This document shows, piece after piece, positions 1 to 8,681 of a DNA stretch of 13,727 nt (position 1 is the stretch's first letter; every line of letters begins with the position of its first letter). The notes under the pieces were generated by a model. The model made no database searches. It saw only the letters and a program-made list of their open reading frames with translations, and had not been told where the DNA came from. Origin of the DNA: Octopus sinensis. Taxonomy: Eukaryota. Made by a program: the position numbers and the translations under genes. The DNA is taken from assembly GCF_006345805.1 (NCBI RefSeq), contig NW_021826095.1, positions 1-13,727 of the forward strand. Direction: 5' to 3'.

Positions 1-172
1 TTCAGTTATGGCACTTAATTCCTCTCTTTCTACAGCATTTTAGTTGATTAAATATACAAACTGTAATGTGCACTGATTGGTTGTACCAGTCTAATTGAAA
101 CACATGTAGCTAATTAAATCATTGATAATATGTCTTCATTCTTTGTGTCTCATATATATGTGTGTCTGCATG

Positions 173-453
173 TCATCATCATCATCATCATCGTTTAACG
201 TCCGTTCTCCATGCTAGCATGGTTTGGACAGTTCGACCGGGGATCTGGGAAGCCAGAAGGTCACCAGGCTCCAGTCTTATCTGGCAATGTTTCTACAGCT
301 GGATGCCCTTCCTAACGCCAACCACTCCGTGAGTGTAGTGGGTGCTTTTTACGTGCCACCCGCACAGGTGCCAGGCGAGGCTGGCAACGGCCACAGTCGG
401 ATTGGTGCAATTTACGTGCCACCGGCACGGAAGCCAGTCGAGGTGGCGCTGGC
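173..453 (-). mobile_element. 3' end of a (GAT)n-tailed non-LTR retroelement (family D; possibly RTE-clade LINE 3' UTR or a derived SINE), 5'-truncated
   Basis: (TCA)n at 173-192, then tttaacgtccgttctccatgctagcatgg...ggatgcccttcctaacgccaaccactccgtgagtgtagtgggtgctttttacgtgccacc. This is the reverse complement of the copies at 478-913 and 8682-8946. RTE assignment is inferred only from the short-tandem-repeat tail. Confidence 0.85.
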
Positions 454-477
454 ATATATATGTATATATATATATAT

Positions 478-913
478 TCTGTGACTGTGAAGATCCGACA
501 AAGGAAGTGAGTTCATGGCTCGCAGGACAGCCTGCTGTGCTTGAGGAGTCAAGTAAATCAACATCAAAATAAAAATCAAATGGAAACTGTAGTTGTGACA
601 CCTGTGTCAGTGGCACATAAAAAGCACCATCCGAATGTGGCCGATGCCAGTCCCGCCTTGACTGGCGTCCGTGCTGGTGGCACGTAAAAAGCACCAACTG
701 ATGGTGGCCATTGCCAGCCTCCTCTGGCACCTGTGCCGGTGGCATGTAAAAAGCACCCACTACACTCACGGAGTGGTTGGCGTTAGGAAGGGCATCCAGC
801 TGTAGAAACACTGGCAGAACAGACTGGAGCCTGGTGCAGCCTACTGGCTTCCCAGACCCCAGTTGAACCGTCCAACCCATGGAAAGTAGACATTAAACGA
901 TGATGATGATGAT
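478..913 (+). mobile_element. Family D retroelement 3' end with three internal ~60-bp subunits and a (GAT)n tail
   Basis: Three gtgccggtggcacgtaaaaagcacc-like subunits (~601, ~671, ~733), then gtggttggcgttaggaagggcatccagc, ending acattaaacgatgatgatgatgat. The 5' boundary is approximate. Confidence 0.85.
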
Positions 914-1088
914 ATAACTTACTTATAACATCATTGGTGAGAACATTTTAAAAGTTATTTACAAAACAGAATAAGGCAGAAAAACTGGAATGAAAGTCTG
1001 ACATTTCTCTCTCTAAAGGTGTGTAGGTGTATGCATTTGTGTATATATGTGTATGCATTTATATACAAGTGTGCATGTGTGGTAGGGT

Positions 1089-1090
<2 letters not shown>

Positions 1091-1119
<29 letters not shown>
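1091..1119. repeat. (CA)n microsatellite
   Basis: Uninterrupted AC run. Confidence 0.95.
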
Positions 1120-1120
<1 letters not shown>

Positions 1121-1176
1121 CTATGAACATTTATGTATATAGAGCCTAACCATCATGCTAACCATTCAGCCACATG

Positions 1177-1332
1177 CCTCGCTTTGTTGAGTTTCCATCA
1201 ACCAAATTCCCCCAGAAGACATTGGTAGACTCAGAGCTGCAGTAGGAGATACTTGTCCCAGGTGCCATGCCCCGGGATTGAACCTGGTACTACATGACTG
1301 AGAAGCAGACATTTTAACCACACAGCCAAGCC
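1177..1332 (-). mobile_element. Diverged tRNA-derived SINE head plus CORE-like segment (family B)
   Basis: Degenerate version of 4665-4809: gtttccatcaaccaaattcc...acttgtcccaggtgccatgccccgggattgaacctgg...taaccacacagcc. Confidence 0.75.
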
Positions 1333-1461
1333 TGTCCAATACATACATTTTATACATACATATATATATATATATATTTAATGTAGGATAACATTTTTTC
1401 GAAAAAAATTTTATCAATGGCCAGCATATCAAAAAATACCTTTTAAAGGTTAAAATTATAA

Positions 1462-1591
1462 ACTACTTATAAATAAGGGCAAACGAAAAAATTTCTAATG
1501 CCAAATGTGCCGAAAAATTGTCCAAATATGTCCAAATTTTCGGCATATTTGGCATTAGAAATTTTTTCGTTTGCTCTTATTTATACGTAGT
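1462..1591. mobile_element. Foldback / MITE-like palindrome with 57-58-bp arms and 15-bp spacer
   Basis: 1462-1519 matches the reverse complement of 1535-1591 with 3 substitutions and 1 indel. Flanks are TA-rich. Confidence 0.7.
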
Positions 1592-1646
1592 ATATATATA
1601 TATAATTATATATATATATTATATATATATATATATATATAGTATA

Positions 1647-2187
1647 CAGGGTGGCAATAAAGCCACTATACAGTTACTTACAATAATAATTAAGGCAAAG
1701 CATTTAATCAACAGTCCAGAAATTTATTATTAAAATGGTTCTGGTTAATGACAATAAAATGCTATGGTAAATAATAGTAAGTTAATTAGTGATATTGTTT
1801 GAACTGCAAGCCACCTGTGTCACTGCATTCCCTGCAATGTAAGAGAATGCTTCGGCAAATGTCATGACACAAACGGTTCTGACGGCTTCAGTTTGTAAAT
1901 ATATCTCGAATAAATTGCATGCGGTCATCGGTATTTCTCGGTTTCTTTGCAAAAACGGAATCTTTGATAATTCCCCATATAGCAAAATCCCTCGGGGGTC
2001 AAATCTGGTGAGTGAGGAGGTCACCCAATACTGCCACATCATTCTAGCCGTCTTCTTAGAAATGTTGCATCAAGATAATTTCTTACTTTGAGAGTAAACT
2101 GCGTCCTGTATATTACTTTGCTTTTCTTCTGATTCTGCTTCGCTTTTTTATTATAAGTAACTGTATAGTGACTTTATTGCCACCCTA
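1647..2187 (-). mobile_element. Internally deleted Tc1/mariner-superfamily DNA transposon
   Basis: 40-bp TIRs (1647-1686 cagggtggcaataaagccactatacagttacttacaataa, and 2148-2187) with 37/40 identity, TA at 1645-1646 and 2188-2189, and an internal transposase remnant. Confidence 0.92.
1786..2089 (-). pseudogene. Decayed C-terminal fragment of a Tc1/mariner transposase (third catalytic residue appears to be D)
   Basis: Manual translation: KVRNYLDATFLRRRLE*CGSIG*PPHSPDLTPE / +1 frameshift / DFAIWGIIKDSVFAKKPRNTDDRMQFIRDIFTN*SRQNRLCHDICRSILLHCRECSDTGGLQFKQYH*. This matches the family motif WPPRSPDLTPxDFxLWG...KxxV...C...G. Confidence 0.88.
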
Positions 2188-2708
2188 TATATATATATAT
2201 TTATTTATACATATATATATATATTGGGGCTGGCCAGATTGGAGCAATCTCAAGTATAATCGGCTGAAATTGCAAAGATAATCTGGTACTCAACTGAGAA
2301 AAGAAAACTATCTGGATGTTTTGTTGTCCCATTTTTGCACCACCTAACTCTCTGGATGTTTTGCACTCTTGTCCCATTTTGAATATATATATATTAGCTT
2401 AAAAGCTACACTATTGGGTGGCTTTTAAGCTAGTATAAAGCTTTTAAGCAAACTGACCCTGAATGGGAAGATCTGCAGACAGATCTCTGACTTGTTTTGA
2501 AGAATTTGTTGCAATTGCTTCCTCCAGAGTCATATCCCAATGATAATCATATTCATCACAAAAAAAAATCACCGCAAATAATCGCAGTAATAAAAACATA
2601 GGAATCCAAAATTTCACTCTTTCTCTTTTATTAATTACTCCCACTGCCACCATCAACACTACTACTTTTAATAAAACATCATCAAATATCTCCCTCAATT
2701 TTTTGTTT

Positions 2709-2778
2709 CTCTTTCCCTCCCTCTCTTTTTCTGTCTGTGTGTCTCTCTCTGTCTCTCCCTCTCCCTCTCTCTCTCTCT
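2709..2778. repeat. CT-rich / (CT)n low-complexity tract
   Basis: Pyrimidine-rich dinucleotide runs. Confidence 0.9.
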
Positions 2779-2924
2779 TCGCTACTGCCCTCACCATTTC
2801 TATGTCTACTATTACTCTCACCCCATCATAAAGAACAGTAGGAGTGTCATTGAATAGTGAGAGAGAGGGACTAAGGTGACACACTGGCACACAGAAACTA
2901 GTTTTAGCATTTATTATATAAGAA

Positions 2925-3039
2925 AGATAGATAGATGGATGGACGGATGGATGGATGGATGGGTGGGTGGATGGATGGGTGGATGGTGGATGGATGGGTG
3001 GATGGATAGATGAGTGGATGGGTGGATGGATGGATGGAT
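2925..3039. repeat. (GATA)/(GGAT)n tetranucleotide microsatellite
   Basis: agatagatag followed by an imperfect ggat/gggt run. Confidence 0.95.
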
Positions 3040-3149
3040 CTACTGATTAATATAATAAAAAAGGTGTTTTCGCATATTTTGAATTCTATTTTCCTGTTTG
3101 CATTGCCAAACACACACACACACACATTTGTGTGTGTATGTCTGTAAGC

Positions 3150-3225
3150 ACTTTTAAATCCATTGTAATTCTGGAAACCCTTTCATATCGTCAGCAGGTA
3201 TCTTGGAGTCACAAGTGTTTCGCAC
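3150..3225 (-). pseudogene. Possible highly decayed LINE reverse-transcriptase fragment
   Basis: Minus strand reads [21 protein letters not shown], then DLKVLTD after a frameshift, resembling xADDxK...LQxDL. 3181-3198 matches 9807-9824 at 16/18 nt. It needs a deletion and a frameshift to align. Confidence 0.3.
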
Positions 3226-3457
3226 TTAGCCTGTATATTTTGCCTGGACAGGGCAGCGAAGACTGAGCTGGTCTTCACCTACAGAAGTGTCCCACTTGCA
3301 GTCTGTTATCAACAATAGCCATCTCAAGATAGCTTCACATTGCACTTTACATGAAATCTCATGTTTTAGCTGAGAACTGCATGTACAATCACAGTGCAAT
3401 GAATACACAGGAGATCTGGAAACATGAGTCTTTACGCAATATTCCCAATGGACAGAA

Positions 3458-4031
3458 GGTGCCGAGCTGACAGAAAGATTAGCATGTTGGGCGAAATGCT
3501 TAGCGGTACTTCGTCTGCCGCTACGTTCTGAGTTCAAATTCTGCCGAGGTCGACTTTGCCTTTCATCCTTTCGGGGGTCGATTAAATAAGTACCAGTTAT
3601 GCACTGGAGATGATGTAATCGACTTAATCCATGTGTCTGTTCTTGTTTGTCCTCTCTGTGTTTAGCCCCTTGAGGGTAGTAAAGAAATAGGTATTTCGTC
3701 TGCCGCTATGTTCTGAGTTCAAATTCTGCCGAGGTCGACTTTGCCTTTCATCCTTTCGGGGGTCGATTAAATAAGTACCAGTTATGCACTGGAGATGATG
3801 TAATCGACTTAATCCGTGTGTCTGTCCTTGTTTGTCCTCTCTGTTTTTAGCCCCTTGTGGGTAGTAAAGAAATAGGTATTTTGTCTGCCTTTATGTTCTG
3901 AGTTCAAATTCCACCAAGGTTTCATCCTTTCGGCAGGGTCAATAAATTAAGTACCAGTTGCGTACTGGGGTTGATCTAATCGACTGGCCCCCTCCCCAGA
4001 AATTTCGGGCCTTGCGCCTAGAGTAGAAAAG
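3458..4031 (+). mobile_element. tRNA-derived SINE (family A) with one head and a triplicated 185-bp body
   Basis: Head gtgccgagctgacagaaagattagc. Body units start at 3505, 3690 and 3875, each with B-box-like gagttcaaattc and tttcatcctttcgg...taagtaccag. 20-bp TSD aatattc(c/t)caatggacagaa at 3438-3457 and 4032-4051 (19/20). Confidence 0.92.
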
Positions 4032-4160
4032 AATATTCTCAATGGACAGAATTGTAACATCACACATTCACTGTTTTGTACATCAATAATATATCAATAT
4101 GCTAACATTTATTATGCATGTATGCATATACATGTATGTATATATATATATATATATATA

Positions 4161-4347
4161 GGGAGAATTCACAAAAAAACAAAAGACAAAGACAGGTGGT
4201 GTAGACAACAAATAGATGTACTAGTTTAATGCACAGGGAGTGAAAAAGCCTTTAACGTTTCGAGCCTATGCTCTTCCACAGAAAGGAACACAGAAAGAAA
4301 CAAGGGGAGAAAATAAAGAATGTGTAGTGGCTAGCAATCTATCATTT
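4161..4347 (-). mobile_element. Putative Penelope-like pLTR or retrozyme-type fragment carrying a hammerhead-like motif
   Basis: T-rich minus-strand segment ending in a (TA)n tract and containing the motif at 4249-4286. Family is inferred from the known link between minimal hammerheads and Penelope-like elements. Boundaries are approximate. Confidence 0.5.
4249..4286 (-). ncRNA. Minimal type I hammerhead ribozyme-like motif (variant core, activity unknown)
   Basis: Minus strand: CCUUU-CUGUGGAA-GAGC(AUAG)GCUC-GAAA-CG-UU-AAAGG. 5-bp stem I, 4-bp stem II, palindromic ACGU stem III, GUU triplet. A6 of the CUGANGA core is U. Confidence 0.6.
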
Positions 4348-4370
4348 ATATCTATGTCAATGTGTGTGTG

Positions 4371-4402
<32 letters not shown>

Positions 4403-4812
4403 TTCTTTTACTCTTTTACTTGTTTCAGTCATTTGACTGCGGCCATGCTGAAGCACCGCCTTTAATCGAGCAAATCGACCCTAGGACTTATTCTTTTGTA
4501 AGCCCAGTACTTATTTTATCGGTCTCTTTTGCCGAACCGCTAAGTAACGGGGACATAAACACACCAGCATCGGTTGTCAAGCAATGCTAGGGGGACAAAC
4601 ACAGACACACAAACACATACACACACACATATATATATATATACATATATACGACAGGCTTCTTTCAGTTTCCGTCTACCAAATCCACTCACAAGGCTTT
4701 GGTCGGCCCGAGGCTATAGTAGAAGACACTTACCCAAGGTGCCATGCAGCGGGACTGAACCCGGAACCATGTGGTTGGTTAGCAAGCTACTTACCACACA
4801 GCCACTCCTGCA
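4403..4812 (-). mobile_element. Full-length tRNA-derived CORE-like SINE (family B) with an internal (CA)/(TA) microsatellite
   Basis: Minus-strand head ggagtggctgtgtggtaagtagc (A-box-like) and gggttcagtccc (B-box-like), then ggcaccttgggtaagtgtctt (CORE-like). Homologous to 10703-11092 along its length. Confidence 0.92.
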
Positions 4813-5121
4813 CCTATATATTATAGATAATTATATACCCATTCATCTACATGTGTGTATATGTGTACATACATTATATATGTGTTACATACCATTTTAA
4901 TTTCACTTTTCCATGTTGGCATGGGTCAGATTGTTGTAGCCAGATGTCACTTCCTGTTATCAAGTAAAGTCACCTGTTTTTGAGTAAAGTAATATTTCAC
5001 CATGGCCAGACATGTTTCCATGGAAAACTGGAAACAAAGGATACTTGAATGATAGTGATGCTTGTTTTGCCCCTCTTGTGTGATGTCATGACATGGAATA
5101 CACACACACACAAACATAACA

Positions 5122-5446
5122 AACTGGCACTCTGGCAGTTATGATGGTAAGGGTTCCAGTCAATCCGATCAAAGGAACAGCCTACTCGTGAAATTAACAT
5201 GCATGTGGAGGAGCACTCCACAAACACGTGTATCCTTAACATAGTTCTCAAGGAGATTCAGTGTGACATAGAGTGTGAGAAGTTTGGTTCTTTGAAATAC
5301 AGATACTACTCATTTTTGCCAGCTGAATTGACTGGGGTAATATGAAATAAAGTGTCTTGCTCAAGGACACAATGCATCACTGAGAATTGAACTCACAACC
5401 TTGTGATCATGAGTCAAATACTCTAACCACTAAGCTACACACCTTC
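5122..5446 (-). mobile_element. tRNA-derived CORE-like SINE (family C), diverged
   Basis: Minus strand gaaggtgtgtagcttagtggttagagt...gtgagttcaattctc...gtgtccttgagcaagacactttatttca. Head and core are homologous to 12847-12990, but the tail differs. Confidence 0.85.
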
Positions 5447-5476
5447 ATTAAACAAACATATATAAATATCTATATA

Positions 5477-5729
5477 TGAATAAAAATCCAAATTGAGGGA
5501 GTGGAATAGGTAAAATGCTTACTACATATGTTTCTTAGCTAGTTCAATCTCTGATGTAAGAGTTATGTAGCAAGAAGTGCATATCTCTCTCTATACCTGC
5601 CATTCACTGCTTGAAGCTTACATTAGCACTTCTCATTGTATAACTCTTACACCGGAGATTCATCTGGCTAAGAAACATATGTAGTATGCATTTTACCTGT
5701 TCCACTCCCTCAATTTGGATTTTTATTCA
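5477..5729. mobile_element. Foldback / MITE-like element with 104-bp arms and 45-bp spacer
   Basis: 5477-5580 matches the reverse complement of 5626-5729 at 92/104. The outer 66 bp match at 63/66. Confidence 0.8.
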
Positions 5730-5966
5730 CATTTGTCACAGCTCTAGTTGCTGACTGTGAGCTATATAGAAACTATCGGCTTATTGAATTTCCTCACAAG
5801 TTCGACATGGGAAAAAGGGTGCAACCCTCGATGCCAATAATTTGTTATTGTCCCCTAATAGCACACTGTCCACTTTTTGTTCTTCATACCTGCCACTCAT
5901 AAATTCCTAACCTCGAATCCCTGGATCATACAACTTGTATATTATATTATATTATATTATATATAT

Positions 5967-7810
5967 ATCTCTTCCCATCTCTTTCCATCTTTCAGCCATT
6001 GGCGGTCTTTTTTCCTCCTCTCACCATTACGATTCTATAATTTAAATTCCCAATCAATTTCAACTCCCGTTCGATGTCCGCAGCAAGTTCTTAAAAATTT
6101 ATCTTACTATTTTATTCGTTGTTACTACGTTCTTCATACATTGTTACGAAAATTTACCTTCTAGGCTACTTTCAAGCCTTCGCCATAACTTGATTATCTT
6201 TCTATCTCTCTCTCTACAAAATTTAACCTTAGGCCAGGCTACCTCAAGCCGTAATCCTATCTCTTCCCATCTCTTCCCATCTCTTTCCATCTTTCAGCCA
6301 TTGGCGGTCTTTTTTCCTCCTCTCACCATTACGATTCTATAATTTAAATTCCCAATTCAATTTCAACTCCCGTTCGATGTCCGCAGCAAGTTCTTAAAAA
6401 TTTATCTTACTATTTTATTCGTTGTTACTACGTTTCTTCATACATTGTTACGAAAATTTAACCTTCTAGGCTACTTTCAAGCCTTCGCCATAACTTGATT
6501 TATCTTTCTATCTCTCTCTCTACAAAATTTAACCTTAGGCCAGGCTACCTCAAGCCGTAATCCTATCTCTTCCCATCTCTTCCCATCTCTTTCCATCTTT
6601 CAGCCATGGCGGTCTTTTTTCTCCTCTCACCATTACGATTCTATATTTAAATTCCCAATTCAATTTCAACTCCCGTTCGATGTCCGCAGCAAGTTCTTAA
6701 AAATTTATCTTACTATTTTATTCGTTGTTACTACGTTTCTTCATACATTGTTACGAAAATTTAACCTTCTAGGCTACTTTCAAGCCTTCGCCATAACTTG
6801 ATTTATCTTTCTATCTCTCTCTCTACAAAATTTAACCTTAGGCCAGGCTACCTCAAGCCGTAATCCTATCTCTTCCATCTCTTCCATCTCTTTCCATCTT
6901 TCAGCCATTGGCGGTCTTTTTTCCTCCTCTCACCATTACGATTCTATAATTTAAATTCCCAATTCAATTTCAACTCCCGTTCGATGTCCGCAGCAAGTTC
7001 TTAAAAATTTATCTTACTATTCTATTCGTTGTTACTACGTTTCTTCATACATTGTTACGAAAATTTAACCTTCTAGGCTACTTTCAAGCCTTCGCCATAA
7101 CTTGATTTATCTTTCTATCTCTCTCTCTACAAAATTTAACCTTAGCCAGGCTACCTCAAGCCGTAATATATCTCTTCCCATCTCTCCCATCTCTTTCCAT
7201 CTTTCAGCCATTGGCGGTCTTTTTCCTCCTCTCACCATTACGATTCTATAATTTAAATTCCCAATTCAATTTCAACTCCCGTTCGATGTCCGCAGCAAGT
7301 TCTTAAAAATTTATATTACTATTTTATTCGTGTTACTACGTTCTTCATACATTGTTACGAAAATTTAACCTTCTAGGCTACTTTCAAGCCTTCGCCATAA
7401 CTTGATTTATCTTTCTATCTCTCTCTCTACAAAATTAACCTTAGGCCAGGCTACCTCAAGCCGTAATCCTATCTCTTCCCATCTCTTCCATCTCTTTCCA
7501 TCTTTCAGCCATTGGCGGTCTTTTTCCTCCTCTCACCATTACGATTCTATAATTTAAATTCCCAATTCAATTTCAACTCCCGTTCGATGTCCGCAGCAAG
7601 TTCTAAAAAATTTATCTTACTATTTTATTCGTTGTTACTACGTTTCTTCATACATTGTTACGAAAATTAACCTTCTAGGCTACTTTCAAGCCTTCGCCAT
7701 AACTTGATTTATCTTTCTATCTCTCTCTACAAAATTTAACCTTAGGCCAGGCTACCTCAAGCCGTAATCTATCTCTTCCCATCTCTTTCCATCTTTCAGC
7801 CATTGGCGGT
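5967..7810. repeat. Tandem array of a ~303-bp unit, 6 copies plus a 40-bp partial
   Basis: Unit starts at 5967, 6259, 6565, 6868, 7170, 7471 and 7771. Copies differ mostly by single-base indels. Confidence 0.98.
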
Positions 7811-7824
7811 GCGCCCGCCCCCCA

Positions 7825-7975
7825 CCCCCACCACCAATACGATGAACACTGTTCTCACCCCCACCACCAATACGATGAACACTGTTCTCACCCCCACCAC
7901 CAATACCGATGAACACTGTTCTCACCCCCACCACCAATACGGTGAACACTGTTCCTCACCCCCCACCACCAATAC
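7825..7975. repeat. 33-bp minisatellite, ~4.5 copies (cccccaccaccaatacgatgaacactgttctca)
   Basis: Units at 7825, 7858, 7891, 7925 and a partial at 7959. Confidence 0.95.
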
Positions 7976-8205
7976 AGTATACCCTGTCTCACCATCTACA
8001 CCGGATACGCCTTACTCATCTAACCGGGTACGCCCTACTCCCTCCTCCTCCCCCACTACCCCTTCTCCTCACATGCTTTCACTGTGAAAAGACAAGCTGC
8101 TAGCGCCATAGCTCATCAACTGCCACCGATCTTATGCTTCCTCCTGACACTGCCTCATTCCGACTATCCCCTTTAGCACCCTCCCGCCTCGTAATATCCT
8201 ACGTT

Positions 8206-8564
8206 TTTATTTCTTAGGAACCTACACCAACCCTTCCTGCCATCGTTCCTCCTTACCCCAACCTTCCCCACTGGTTGCTCCCTATATTACCCGCCTCAAC
8301 TGGCCCCCCTCTCCCCAACTCAACTCTCGAATATCTGTATTCTTTCCTCTACCTAATAACGTTACTCAGTGACGATAACGAATGTCTTTATTTCTTAGGA
8401 ACCTACACCAACCCTTCCTGCCATCGTTCCTCCTTACCCCAACCTTCCCCACTGGTTGCCCTCTATATTACCCGCCTCAACTGGACCTCCCCCTCCCCAA
8501 CTCAACTCTAGAATATCTGTATTTCTTTCCTCTACCTAATTACGTTACTCAGTGATGATAAATG
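8206..8564. repeat. 181-bp tandem duplication, C-rich
   Basis: tttatttcttaggaacctacaccaaccc starts at both 8206 and 8387, and the two copies align throughout. Confidence 0.95.
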
Positions 8565-8625
8565 CTGTGACTACAAAGACCCGGGCTGCTTTCTGCAGCA
8601 ATTCCACATACCCCCTACTCATTCT

Positions 8626-8675
8626 AAGTACCCCGGATCCCCAAAGTACCCTGGATCCCCAAAGTACCCCGGACC
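8626..8675. repeat. 18-bp tandem repeat, ~2.8 copies (aagtaccccggatcccca)
   Basis: Units at 8626, 8644 and 8662. Confidence 0.9.
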
Positions 8676-8681
8676 TCGTTG

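Noticed and set aside
2395-2432. 12-bp inverted repeat tagcttaaaagc/gcttttaagcta
   Set aside because: Short, AT-rich and with no supporting context.
2444-2560. Minus-strand exon (DEYDYHWDMTLEEAIATNSSKQVRDLSADLPIQG) with a gtcagt donor at 2457
   Set aside because: No convincing acceptor and no recognised homology. Cannot be excluded without RNA-seq.
3226-3537. Cys-rich minus-strand ORF as a domain
   Set aside because: Its first ~80 nt lie inside the family A SINE, and the cysteine spacing matches no family I recognise.
4895-5050. Degenerate family D-like tail (ttttccatgttggcatggg) and following sequence
   Set aside because: Similarity covers only about 30 bp, too little to annotate by eye.
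6405-6460. Hammerhead in the 303-bp unit (minus strand gtatgaa-gaaacgta with palindromic ACGU)
   Set aside because: No CUGANGA core and no stem II. Only the GAAACGUA half is present.
7825-7975. CRISPR-like array
   Set aside because: Repeats are head-to-tail with no unique spacers, there are no cas genes, and the context is eukaryotic.
8063-8110. Gag-type zinc knuckle (TCFHCEKTSC*)
   Set aside because: Lacks the H and last C of CX2CX4HX4C and hits a stop immediately.
5967-8675. rDNA, mitochondrial (NUMT) or prokaryotic origin of the repeat block
   Set aside because: No rRNA, tRNA or mitochondrial gene motifs were recognised. Only a database search can fully exclude this.
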